A program made the translations under genes and the position numbers. A stretch of DNA of 60,868 bases, filler included, from Schmidtea polychroa (taxonomy: Eukaryota), in the NCBI GenBank assembly GCA_044892525.1. It is 3 parts of 3 records of this genome, joined end to end, with 100 filler letters (N's around TTAATTAATTAA, not from the genome) between each part and the next. Parts side by side here need not be neighbours in the genome. Positions count along the whole stretch, not along the records: positions 40,675 to 60,868 come from CM097886.1; 2 more parts are not named here. One strand, written 5' to 3'. Positions 47,211 to 59,640 of the stretch are shown piece by piece (within the stretch, counting starts at the first letter, position 1; the number at the start of each line of letters is the position of its first letter). The notes under the pieces are model-generated. The model saw only the letters and a program-made list of their open reading frames with translations, was not told the origin of the DNA and made no database searches.

Positions 47211-47543
47211 CAGTGGTTCTCAATTAATATAAAAGCGCGGAACATCATTCACATGATTTTTTTACGCGGAATACTGTCAAAAAAATACTTGCCCATAATG
47301 AGTGACCAATCACAAATTACTATAAATCTGTCATAAACGTAAACAATGCCTTCTTATAAGCAAATAAAATACCAAGCGCAACAATAACAATTTTATATTT
47401 GAATGTTTATATATCTGTGCAACGGCTTTCTTATTGAATCATTTTATAAAACTATTAATTGAGGTTTTTGATGATATGCATCTAGAATGCACATTTAAAG
47501 ATAAAATGTCATTTTTTTGCGGAACGCAGGATGAGAACCACTG
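47211..47543. mobile_element. hAT-Charlie-type MITE
   Basis: TIRs CAGTGGTTCTCA and TGAGAACCACTG. Decayed 8-bp flanks ATATAGAC and GTATATAA. Confidence 0.8.
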
Positions 47544-48089
47544 GTATATAATGATGATTTCATGGTTGCAGCATTAATTAAATTTTAAACATTTAAATGA
47601 TAGAACGGTTATTCAAAATCCTTTTTAGTAATTATGGTGAAAGAGACTGTTGACAAGTTTATTAAAAATCCTAAGGATCCATGTTTGAGAAAATCTGGGT
47701 GTGATGTTGCTGAGATGTGTGAGTTTGGTGAGTTAAATAAATTAAATAGTGTAAGCAAGGATGATGAGCCTAAATTTGTGTTAGTATTGCCGTACTCAGA
47801 AGGTTTTAAGGATTATAAAGTGAAGATAAGAAAGCAGTTAGGGAATTTAAACTATAGGATAGTGTCAACTTCATGGAAAGTACGCAATATGTTTATTAAT
47901 AAGTGAAAAACTCCGGTCGAATTGTTTTCCGATCTTGTTTATCAGTTTACATGTAATGAGTGTAATGCCACATACATTGGAGAGACTTCCCGTCATCTCT
48001 GTATTCGAGCTCGAGAACATTATAGACCGAAGGCTTTGACCCATATTGGTGAGCACAATAAGGGCTGTAAGAGTAAAATAGGTATGTCT

Positions 48090-50973
48090 TAGGGTGGAGC
48101 TTATTTTTGAACTTTCAAAATATTACCTTCTTACCCTCCCATTCTGTTCCTATATATGAAAGAAAAATTCAGGCAAAATATGAACACAATTGAACAATAT
48201 TTAGGGGTAGCTCAAGGACAGAGAAGTTTCTGATACTCTTAAGCAGCGGCCGCCCATTTATTTACGGTACTTTACTATAGTAACTGAGAACTAAGTAAAT
48301 TGAGACTTTCTCAGACTCTGATAATCATACAACATTTCAATCCTATTTTTACAATATACAATTAACACAAATTCTTCATAGTCCAGGCATGATCAGACTT
48401 GTTTAGTATGTTTACTGTGTGGACTGACTATTGCAGGAGTTTGACAAATGTGTTTATAAATTTAAATTGTAAACAGTTGATAACACTACTATTAAAGTGA
48501 GCATTAAATTGCTGGTAGGCCACTGAAGTGAAGCAAGCCTTCCTGAATCTATAGCTGCTGGTAAGTTAGTTGAATGTTATTTGAATATTGAATATTATTT
48601 TCAATGTTTAAGTGTGAATAGTAATTAAATGAAGATATAGATTAGTTAGATAAGTAAATGTGAATTTTGTAATACAATTATTCAAATTAACATATCAATC
48701 CATGATTCCAAAGTCAATGCTATTTTTATAATATTCATTTCAGATTCATTTCTGTAAGAAAATGTCATCAGTTGCAAAAGCAACACGATCTCAAACTGAG
48801 TTGTATCTTCTTGGCGATTCCGTGACTCAGTTACGTGGCAGCAAGCTGCCATCTTTACGTATGGCTCTTGGACTCTTCCTACATCACGATCTGGAACTGA
48901 AAGAGAAAATAAGACAATCATCGGCTGTTACCATTACAGAAGTATCGAAGTTTTGGCAGAAAGCGAGGATCCCGATGAGAGATCATCAAAACTGCCAAAC
49001 CAAGGTTGAGCATGCATTTGAAGAATGGCGTCTTCTGAAAAAGAACAAGGCACGATTATCAGCAACTCAACTAGCGAGAGAATCAGCTTTTAGTTCCAAG
49101 CTCGAAGATCTCTTTGATCTTGCTCATGCTGATGCACTGACCAGCCCCTCGGTACTACAGGAAGATAAAAATTTCTTGTTAGCCCAGAGAGAGAAAGGAA
49201 GAAGGGGGTCGATGACTGGTGCAGATGGAAAACTTGCTGCTAAGGAGAAAAGATCATTTGAACGAGATGAGCAAATGCTTGCGAGGCGACAGCGAATGGA
49301 GCAAGTGAAGCAGTTAGCAGCTTCTACCGCTGAACTGATATCGTCATCTTCTGAAACCAGCTTAGATGGTGGAAACATGAAAAGTGGAGAAAATCTGAGT
49401 GATGATGCTGCAGGAGGCAGCACATTTCGGACGCCAAAAAGAAAGAGGGGGCGGAAAACTGTTATTACTCCAGAACTTGCAGTAGCTTTAGATAGAACTA
49501 AAGTGTCAGATCGCAAGGCTGTTTTCGTTATTGCAGAAACTGCTGAAAGCCTGGGACAGAACATCGATGAACTTGCTCTAAACAGAGACTCGATTCGGCG
49601 ACTTAGGGTAGAACATCGAGTTCAGAGAGCTGCCAACATAAAAGCAAAGTTCCAGGATAATGTACCACTTGTAGTTCATTGGGACGGCAAACTGATTCCT
49701 GATCTGATTGGAAAGGAGAAGGTTGATCGACTGCCGGTTTTGGTTTCTGGAAAAGGAGTATCTCAGCTACATACAGTTGCTAAGCTTCCATCTGGAACAG
49801 GCGAAGCTCAGGCTGCTGCTGTATATGAAGCCATCAAAGACTGGGGCATAGCCAAGAGTATCCGAGCTATGTGTTTTGACACTACTAGCTCAAACACTGG
49901 TCGGATTGCTGGTGCTTGTGTACTGTTAGAGCAGAAGCTTCAGAAGGAGTTGTTATCACTGGCTTGTAGGCACCACATTATGGAACTGATAATTGGGGCA
50001 GTTTTCCAGGTCTGCATGGGAGCCTCATCCTCCCCAGAAGTTGCACTCTTCAAACGCTTTCAAGAGTTCTGGAGATTTATAGATACGGCTAAGTATGAAG
50101 CAGGCACTACAGCTGATGACGTAGCAAGTTTACTGAAGGATATAAAGCAAGACACCGTCGATTATGCCAACAAGTATCTTGAACAGAGTCAGCCGAGAGA
50201 TGACTATAAAGAATTCTTGGAACTTGTAATTGTCTTCCTCGGTGCTGCTCCTCCCAGAGGTGTACGGTTCATGGCACCTGGTGCAATGCACCATGCTCGT
50301 TGGATGTCCAAGGTGATATACGTATCACAGTTGCTCTTGGTTCATTCAAAGAGAAAAACTTGGAAGATTTTGTCACAGCTAAATCAATGATTCTGCTTCA
50401 ACAGCTTGAACTGCCAGATGGATTTCTTGCAGTTGACCCAGACTTGTGGGGAGACAGAGATGATTACAAACAAGCTGCAGAAACAGTTACATCTCTAAAA
50501 GTTGTAAATGACCATGCTGAGCGTGGAGTGGCCCTCATTCAGGAATACAGTGGATTAATCACCCGTGATGAAACACAACTTCAATTCTTGCTGCAAGTTG
50601 TCCAGGACCATCGCAAAATGTATCCCGACAGCAGGAAAAAGACTCTGTCCGCCATCTCTGGGTTTACATAATAACAGTTAATTTCAAGTTTGCTGGACAT
50701 TTACAGATTGTTTGTGTCAGAAGCTAAAGAAACATTTCACTATTAATGTCTATGTGTGTAACACTGAAGTTTGCAAAAAAATAAAATAGAATCAGAATTT
50801 GTTGAATTTACAAAAATTTTATCATATTTCAGGCACTTGAGCTACCTCTAAACATAAAAATTTATTGCTTAAACTTTTTATACAGTGTTTCTATACCATA
50901 AGGAACAGATTAGGGGGCTAAGACTTTCAAAAATTATTTTTTTATTTTTTTTTATTTTTTAAGCTCCACCCTA
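48090..50973 (+). mobile_element. hAT transposon (hATm-like, TAGGGTG ends), 2884 bp
   Basis: Perfect 14-bp TIR TAGGGTGGAGCTTA and TAAGCTCCACCCTA. Perfect 8-bp TSD GTATGTCT (48082-89 and 50974-81). Confidence 0.95.
48762..50671 (+). pseudogene. hAT transposase with an internal deletion and frameshift near 50320
   Basis: Catalytic-type motifs VVHWDGK, MCFDTTSSNTG, ACRHH, GAMHHARWMSKVIY and VVNDHAERGVALIQEY. SKVIY is fused out of frame to RITVALGSF, where homologues have an intervening segment. Confidence 0.85.
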
Positions 50974-52343
50974 GTATGTCTGATTTTAAAAGTTTATTAA
51001 AAAATTTCGATAATTATTGGGAACGTGTAATTTGTGAGGTGTTGTTGATAAAGTCATTGAATCCAAAAATTAATGTGCAGAATGCAATGAATACTTGTGT
51101 TTTAAATTGTTTTAAATAATTTTTTGTATATTGTTGTGAAATTGATTTCTGTTTGTGAAATTAATAAAAAAATTTTAAAAATAATATATAATTTTAATTA
51201 TGATTTTTTAAAAATGAAATATTTTTATTAAATAATAAAAAAATTTTTTTTTAATAAATATATGATGATGACAGGAAAACTGTCGAAATATATCGTGAAA
51301 AGAATGTTTGATTGGCGCTTTCTTATAATTTAAATGATAATATAAGTCTTTTAATGCAAATAATATATTTAATACAAATGAAAAAATTTTCGACTATAAG
51401 ATAGCTCTTGTCAGTTAATTGTTAATTAATATTAATTTAAATAAAATAATAAAACAAAAATATTAAAATAATAATGATAATATTAATAATAAATAATAAA
51501 AGTAAAAATCATAAAAATAAATAATAATAATTAATCTAATTATCAAAAATAAAACTCAATTTAAATATAAAGGCAAAACTGATCAACCTTGAAATCCGTT
51601 AATAATGAAAAATCAAAGAATATTGGTTTTAATAGTTGCATTATGTACCCTATCTATGTAATTGGAATCAATAGTGTAATGCACTATTAATGATGAACAT
51701 ATAAATGATAATCGCTATTATTACTATTATTGTATTGTAACCCTTCATAGATAACCAATGGAACTCATTTAGTCACTGACACAATTTTGTTGCATTTGAG
51801 AGGAGATCATTACTTGACAAATTGATGGAAATGTTTACCAGGAATTCACCATAGCTCAATAATCTCCCAAAGGCCCTTGCAATACAATTTTGAGCATCAC
51901 ACCATCTGTTGGTACGAAGCGGTGCATGCCCTTGGTAACCCGCTGGATTGCTCTAATGAGTTCCATGATAATTATAGGCCCCAATGTTTATCCTTACTAA
52001 ATCAACTCAATGCCTAATTTTACAGTGTTTACCTAAATGCCGACTGCTGATTGGCTGCTGAGGTAGCCAATGGGAATTACAGGTTTGTATATAATTTTGT
52101 GATTCCTATAAATGCCGGTGAACCCGGATCTGATATACGAAATATCAGTATGAACCGGAAATACATAAATTCAAGTGCCAAGTGAAAATCGATCGGTAAT
52201 TAATAATTACATGGAATAATACTGCTATAATCGTCATGATCATAATATTTACGAATACATTCTCACAAATGCATAACATTGCATCGGATGATGGCAAATT
52301 ATGGCGATGTCAGCGAAATGCAATTCAACCAATAGAATCATAC

Positions 52344-53248
52344 CTGGAGATTAGAATCGTTGAGAAACGATAAAACGTGCTGCACAAGTGGCAACGAGTC
52401 TTCTCGCTTGAATGTAGGAATCATGGTTACTACTGATTTCACTAGTTCGGCTTTCACGCGATCTTCTCGCTCCAGGTTCAAATGTTCTCGGATCTTTGGC
52501 AGCACAAAATCAATGAGAACTTGGTGAGAACATGCTGAGCAGAATTCTAATTTGCAATAAATATAACACGATTCTGAAATAGATTAACAACCTTTCAATT
52601 GACTGGCTACGATTTTCCTGGCGTCGATCTCATTATCTTCCATTAGTTTTATGAGCAAATTATGGAGAGATTTATCAAACTTTTGTGCTATCTTTTGAAA
52701 TTCGCTTATAAGAGAAGCAACGCCCCTTCGAGTATCTCTATAAGCAAGGTTTTCAATGAGGCATTGCAAATAATTGAATTTATTTACCTATTCGAATCTT
52801 CACTTAATTTGTCTAGAAGCGGGAAAAGAATTGTGTCGAACTCATTGGTGTCGACATTCTTACCCAATTCCAGTAGCGGTTTGACACAAGCCGCTCGAAC
52901 TACTCTCTGGTTGTCAGATACCAAACTATATATCATTTGTTAATCATTTGACAAGAGAAGAAAAAATGTTTTACACCTTGTTAGAGTTCTAATCATTTCC
53001 GATTTCAACACCAACCCTGCAACGATACTCAAATCCGTCAGCTGTTCAACAGCACCAGCTCTAACAAGAGGAATTTCATCTTCGGCCATGCACAAATGCA
53101 ATAGACGGCTAAAGTTCGAAGTTAAACAATGAAAAATTATTTAAGAACAAAAACTTTTTCAGCTCAGTTTGAGATTCTGAACTGGCAATTTTATAGCAAA
53201 CTGGAATGAGACGCACTCCGGCTTTTCTCGCTGCACAGTAGAGATCCT
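52344..53248 (-). CDS. PPP2R1A: PP2A scaffold subunit A-like gene, middle exons 53248-53155, 53108-52977, 52925-52788, 52737-52592 and 52546-52344
   Basis: ARKAGVRLIPVCYKIASSESQTELK aligns with [36 protein letters not shown] with DDTPMVRRAAA; LMEDNEIDARK with LMKDCEAEVRA; LKEFC with VKEFC. GT-AG introns of 46, 51, 50 and 45 bp, all phase consistent. Confidence 0.88.
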
Positions 53249-55010
53249 CTGAACGATAAATGATTCGTGAAGCAATGCGTATTAGATAATTGAATGTTGA
53301 CAGCAAGTTAACAGATTTAGATTAGTTAGTTAGTATTAGATTTTGTTTGTGTAAATTAATAAAATCAATAACAAAAATACATAAAATTGTCATAAACTGA
53401 GCTGTGTAGACATTGGATTCAGTGGTTCAGTGAATGATGATTTGTTATTGTATACATCAAGCATACGCATGCACGCACGTACACTTGAATGCACACATGC
53501 GAGTAAATAATTGGATAATCCAGTCAGTTTACAGATGCATTTATGGCATCGATAAATAACATACAATCAACGTAACGAGTGCAATACAAATATAACCACG
53601 AGAAATGATTGCTATAAACGGTGGAAATGTAGTTGATATGAGGAGGGGATAATTCATTTAGCTATATATAATAAATGGATTAGATCTTTCGTTTATATTG
53701 ACTGGAATATGAAATCAGTTTTCTTCATCTTTCAAAACATCTTTTTCTATTTGAATACAGTTGGTTAAGTTTCGTAGTGTTGAAGATAGGAGAAATATGT
53801 TGTTTTGAATTTATTGGAGATATTACGAGATATTTAATGGTACGTTATATCTTCGTGGAGTCCCATATACGGTGTTATAGTCTAAAAATTTTTAGGCACT
53901 TTAAAACTCACTCATATATCACGGCTTAATCAATTATATTATTTTCTGTTTGACTGTTGCTGAATCAATTACGTGCTACGCCACATCATCAATCTAGGGT
54001 CACCAGATATTCCTGCTACAGTATTGACTGGATAAAAGATATAAAAGACACCGCTGATATTGCGTTAGGCAATACTTGTTTGGTGGTATTTGAGATATCT
54101 AATAAGATAGTTTTCACCAGAGCTTATTGTAGCGATTACATTAGTGTCCATTAGTATTAATAAGTGTGACCAAAGGGGTATGGGGGCGGTAATCACTTTA
54201 AGACAGATAACAAAACTTTTCGTTAACTGAGTTTGAATTAATGTACCCTATCAGGTAGATGTTAGACCTTCCTTAAATTACATGTGAAATGTCGTGAAGG
54301 TTCTGAAAGTACGAAAACTAAATAAACTACAGGGATACCCAAATTATATGTTTCGTTCATTTGTATCCCTGGGTTCTGTTATATTTGGAGGTCCACAAAA
54401 AATACCCTATTGGGTTTGTATCCAAGAGTATTTATGAAGATTGCCAATTTAGTCTAAATGTAAATGGTAATTACTGGGATCTTTAGGTTTCACATATAGA
54501 ATAAGCAAAAATTAATCGGTGTCAATCGGTTTTATTTTTAAGGATTAATAACACAAAAAACAGTTTTCAGAATTTGGCCTCTTCCTTTCGTTGATAACCG
54601 ACAATAACAGTTATTATTGATTATCCTCACTTACCATCCTGTGTCAATTTTCTTAAATATTAATCCATTCCAAAAGTAACATTACTTTTAAAAATATTTT
54701 ATATATAAATCAATTTTCACACTAATTGGTCAATTAAATGCAGAAATAAAATATATAATTTTCATTGGTTGATTCAATGGGTCAATAAGATTTCAGTCCA
54801 CATCATCCACATGATCCATGACAATCAGTAGTAAAAAAATTCAATTATAATTAATCTTAGTTATAGATAACTCAAAAATGAAACAAGTGTAATTTATTTT
54901 TTATGATAAAATTTCGGTTATAAATCTTTTGATATATTTAAGTAATTTAATATAAATTAACAATTAATACTTAAATATTTAAAAAATTTATAATTAGTAA
55001 TTAAAATAAC

Positions 55011-55638
55011 CTGCAAAAACATTCCGAACTAGTTGCAAACAATTCGTGTCGACAACATTTGAATCGAGAGTTGGGATTATTTTAATTAGAGAATCACATG
55101 CTGCCTGGACTACTACAATTTCTTCCACGCAACAGATTATTCTTGCCAACAATTGCTTTTTTGGAAATTAAATATATGAATATATAAAATTAACTTACTA
55201 ATAAACATCCAGCATAATTGCCACCTCCTACCAATGGAACAAAATCTCCTAATTTCTGAGCAATTACCATCAAAGCTTCATCATCGCCATTATCAACAGC
55301 AGTAGTTATTAATGCTAAATATTTATTAAAAGAAGACATTTTAATCAGGTTTAAGCTACTTTCCAAAATTGGAATTAGCATTGTCCTTGTGTTTTCTGAC
55401 TTCAGTGTAAGAGCAACTGTAGGTAACAAATGGAAAGCTCGTAATTTTTCCTAAAAATTCTTGCTGATACAATATTTTTAATTCATACCAAAAATAATAC
55501 TGCAGTGTCAATATTGTCTTCATCTATATTGACAATCTTTTTCTGTTCTACTCCATCAATTGCAGAATTGTTACTGTAGCTAACACAAAACCCTTTTAAC
55601 GTTTGAATAATGTTTTCTACGAATTCATTTGATGCCAT
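55011..55638 (-). CDS. PPP2R1A: PP2A scaffold subunit A-like gene, 5' exons 55638-55501, 55450-55360, 55314-55199 and 55155-55011
   Basis: LPTVALTLKSENTRTMLIPIL aligns with [50 protein letters not shown] with [45 protein letters not shown] with ATVEETVVRDKAVESL. The structure of exon 1 is less certain. Confidence 0.85.
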
Positions 55639-56817
55639 AATTATAATATCTAAAATTTAGGTTTCGAAGTATATATTAAATGTCAAAGTAAGTTATAAAT
55701 TTAAACTTAAAAAATCTATATTATAAATGTAATGTTTACAAAAGAGTTAAATTAAATACGAATTGATGAGATAAAACAAAAGTTCAAATAATTTATTGAA
55801 TAATTGGTTAAATATAAAAATTTGAAATGTTTTGAACTGTTAAAAATCCAAAATAGTTGGTATCCGGATGAATTACTGATAGATTGAAGTATTTAAAGAA
55901 TTATTCAATGTGATTTCTAATAGCTGACAAGATTTGAGCTTATTTTGGTTTAATCGGTAACATCGAAGTGTTTGGCAAAACCTTAGAGGTCAAAATAAGT
56001 TTGTTTTATTACAACAACAATAAAACAAAATAAACAAGCATCAAGTTTTGTAATATTAACATCAATTAACCCATTACCTCCCATTGTACTCAGATGGGCA
56101 CACTTGTTAAAGGCGTGATTTCATGTTTTTCCATTACAATTATCTTGGAAGTAGTGACTCATTTCAGAAATTGATTGCACTAGTAGTCTACGAAAAAATT
56201 CTATATCTTATCCATATTTGTTGTTATAAATGTTCTAATTTATCTAATATATCATAATAAATAACGATTAAAATGTTGGCGTATGTGGGGAAAGAGAAAA
56301 TATGCCCACCTGATCATCATACATCCCAAGTACTCTCTTCCGCTCCGATACTTCCCATACATACTCCAAAATGATCAAATACATATTCCCACGTATGAGC
56401 CCGTGGGGGTGTTCCACGTTGGTGCTGCTCACACGGGTTGGAAAAGGTTAGCAGGTGAGCCCCTGCCTTAGGACTACTCCTAACCCTTTCTCGGTTCGGG
56501 TTCCATGGTGCCATAGAAGGTCTTACCCGTTTCTTCGCTCCTAATTCAGTCCAACCCTGGTCCAAAGGGACGACATTTGCGCTCGTACTATGTCTCCAGG
56601 AGCACCTTTTACTCAAATCAACCACAGCAAATCACACATACCATGAAAAAAAAAAATCAAAGACTTCAAACAGTTGTATTAAATCGAAACATAAAAATAC
56701 ATTCACCATTAATTAAATAAGAACAAAACATCAAAGGTCATGTACAGGATAACGTCAACTTCTCCGAGTTCCTTCATACCGCACAAAGATTGAGACAAAT
56801 GAGAAAAAAGGAATTCA

Positions 56818-57582
56818 TTACGAAAACACTTCTCCTTCTGCGATCATTTCGTCAATGTCGACGGGCAACCGGCGATCTTCGAGGAATTTGATGCCGTCGG
56901 CCGGAACTAACCGAAATACTTCTTTCGTAGGGATAGAATGGGTGATTGTAATTTCCTTGATCGTCGATTTGGCTGCAGATAACGATGCCTCGAGCGCGGC
57001 CATGGCGTTTCTGCGCTTCTGATTTTTCTCTGAGCGCGTCGGTCTCTTACGCTTTCGAGGTGAAAGAGTGGCTCCTGCTGGAGGCCGGGTGAGTGGCGAC
57101 GCGAGGACTGGAGCCAAGATAGGGTCCGATGGACCGCCAGCCATAGGCCGATAGCCAGAAAGAACTGGGGCGGGAATTGGTGGCAATTGTAGGCCGTGCC
57201 CCTTGCAACTGATGGTTGATGAGGTTTCAGTGGATTGATGGTGTTCCGGGAACACGTTAGTCCCATCTTGTATTGGGTATTCGCGAACTCGCTTCGCTAT
57301 CTCGGATTCCGAATATACTTTGTGCAGTGCCTCTGATTGGGCTTTTATGGTTAGCCTCTGGCATCTGCTCTCCTCGAGGAGACTGTCACGGCAGTGCTCC
57401 AAACGTAGAATTTTTCTCTTCTCTTCCTTCATTTGTGGCGGGGAGAACCACGTGCCTTCGTAAAGGTCGATTCTTTTCTTTAAAGCCCCGATGTATAGAT
57501 GAAGCTGCGCGATATCTGCGTTCTTATCTGCGCAGGAGAAACATGGGCGAAGAGTTTTCTCAGCAGTTGTTGGAGTAGTCAT
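56818..57582 (-). CDS. Orphan intronless 254-aa ORF (N-terminal CxxC plus coiled coil, Pro-rich middle, basic NLS-like segment), possibly retroelement- or virus-derived
   Basis: ATG-initiated and stop-free in a GC-richer island within very AT-rich DNA. No family recognised. Confidence 0.5.
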   Translation of the reverse strand: MTTPTTAEKTLRPCFSCADKNADIAQLHLYIGALKKRIDLYEGTWFSPPQMKEEKRKILRLEHCRDSLLEESRCQRLTIKAQSEALHKVYSESEIAKRVREYPIQDGTNVFPEHHQSTETSSTISCKGHGLQLPPIPAPVLSGYRPMAGGPSDPILAPVLASPLTRPPAGATLSPRKRKRPTRSEKNQKRRNAMAALEASLSAAKSTIKEITITHSIPTKEVFRLVPADGIKFLEDRRLPVDIDEMIAEGEVFS

Positions 57583-58084
57583 CTAAAGAATGAGAAGCCC
57601 TTTATTTACATCATTAAAATCCTTTCTACTATTTGTTTTCTTTTTATCGTGAGCTTTATCCTGCCACATGTGCATACAATCAGGATTGTCCCCCACATCC
57701 ATACCTTTGACCTCACTTAACTCATCCAAACCGTAAACCTTCAAATCAACTCATCATATCGTTCGTAAGGAAGAAAAAAATGAGAACCATCACACGTTAT
57801 TTCTCTACCCATATTGATATTGTACCTAGGTTCCTGGGTCGACAGTTATCATCTAATCGCAATCAGTTACTCCTTACCACTAATATATTTTTCCACTTTT
57901 ATTTATTATGACCCATTGAAAGTGTGTCTACTCCCTTGCTATTATGGCTTATTGAGTTATGCCTGCTTTAATTTAAAAGAAGTAGTTCCATGCTGTTGAT
58001 GCATTTTTGCGCTGTGTTAGGTTAAAACGAATGTGTTAAAAATTATTGTAAGTATTAATTTCCCCCATAAATTATAATTTAATT

Positions 58085-59400
58085 ATTTAAATTTTCGCAT
58101 TTTATGTTGTCATAACGACGCATATTAGTATGTAGTTGTGTACTGGTTTCAGACTCTACCTGATGTGCGCTAATGTGTATTATTTAGTTTTACTCAATTA
58201 TCGCTGTCCTCTCTTAGCAAATTCTAGACATTGTGTCGGTTAGTGTACTTGATCTCGTCGCTTATTTATGCATGCCTACGGACACATGCTACTATGACGC
58301 AATGATGACGTCGACTCACTCACGTCCCATGTATTAGTGGATTTATCTGTGTGTGGGTTTGGGTCTGCTTATCTCAGTTATAACATTATTAGCAGATGGG
58401 CTAGACGAACGGAAGATAAGGAGTCAGACTTATAGAAATAACGATGGTTATGATTTCAAGATGGCCTAAATCTGTTATCGGGTAGCAAATGGATTTAATT
58501 TCTATCTCTCTCGTGAATGTTGACTATTCTCAAAAACCTAATCGTTTCATCGACTTGGCGCAAATCGTTCCACAATCGAACCGCTGGAATATTTTATCTA
58601 CGCTACTTGCCTCTCTGCAATAGTCGTTTCTCGATCAGATGGAAAATTTATTGATAATTTGTTCGGAATGGTCGATGAAAATTTCCTTTAGGACTGTAGT
58701 AAGTGCTTATGATTAATTAGAACTTTGCTGTTTACTTTCCTGTCAGGACGAATCCTTATCGATGACAGTAGCTAATCGAAGGTTGATAACTAAGTCTCCT
58801 ACTCGTCAAATAACATATCACCGCGATGGGTTGAATCGCTAACGTTCTCTTAATTTATCAATTCTTGGAAATATAGAATGCTCCAGATTTTTATCATTCA
58901 TCAAGAAAACGAAAATGGACGTTAGAATTATCAGTGAGGTTCGAGAATTTCATTACCCTCAAGGATAGTCGGTGTTCATATTCTGACGAAAAGAAGTCAC
59001 CTAGCTCTAAATTGAATATGGCCGAACTCAAACTCGGATTAAATATCGAAAAATGTCGTCAATCTCCTAGAATTTTCAGTCAGCACGTTGTCGGCATCGA
59101 AACAGTATCGCTCAGAAGTTTCCTCAATCGAAAGTTTGCGACGGCTAATTCTACAGATAGCACTCGATGAAAGGATCATTGACTCGATTCGTTTTCTCTC
59201 ACAGGGTTTCCTCACCCCTCACAACCCACCCAAGGACAGTACGCATTTCTGCCCACTGCCCTTGGACCGTCGTGAAGGACAACTCGACCCGACTTATCTC
59301 AAATCCTCCTCCAATAAATGTGCAATTAATAAATTCATATATGATCAAACAAATATGGGAATAATGAAATTAAAAGAAAAATCAAATAAATAAATGTTTA
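58085..59400 (+). mobile_element. Possible decayed LTR-retrotransposon 5' part (LTR-like start, gag-like fragments)
   Basis: Begins TGTTG. Broken frames include QIVPQSNRWNILSTLLASLQ*SFLDQMENFIDNLFGMVDENF. No second LTR, PBS or pol motif confirmed. Confidence 0.25.
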
Positions 59401-59640
59401 CCTGGCGGCCACGCCAGCCGGATTCCGGGTATGATGACTCTTGCTAACGTAGGTTTTTACATTCATTTAGCAATCATTGTAATACTAATATCCATGTAGA
59501 TACTTGGCTGGTTCGGTCAGTGCAATTTCTGAGTATTCATATTCATAAGCTCTCTCTGAAAATGCATACGTAATTTAGCCGCATCATACCCGAGCTCCAG
59601 AGGACGTCGTCGCCAGCATCATAGAGAGAAAGCAACATCT
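59392..59640. mobile_element. Decayed element with long imperfect inverted termini (foldback/MULE-like MITE)
   Basis: CTGGCGGCCACG...CGGGTATGATG at the left pairs with CATCATACCCG...CGTCGTCGCCAG at the right. Confidence 0.5.

Larger units (their letters stand above)
47605..51119 (+). mobile_element. 5'-truncated Penelope-like retroelement (RT C-terminus plus GIY-YIG endonuclease), interrupted by a hAT insertion
   Basis: VLPYSEGF...K*KTP...LVYQFTCNECNATYIGETSRHLCIRAREH...IGMS, then after the insertion DFKSLL...ICEVLLIKSLNPKINVQ...stop at 51117-19. The frame is continuous once the hAT and one TSD copy are removed. Confidence 0.88.

Noticed and set aside
49124-49564. 146-aa antisense ORF (likewise 56907-57266, 57273-57578, 22771-23216, 310-546, 699-941)
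   Set aside because: Shadow frames of the real coding sequences.
51850-52030. ICWYEAVHALGNPLDCSN, faintly like a RalGAP-beta motif, on the + strand in the PP2A-A intron
   Set aside because: Short match, no start or convincing splice sites, and no neighbouring exons.
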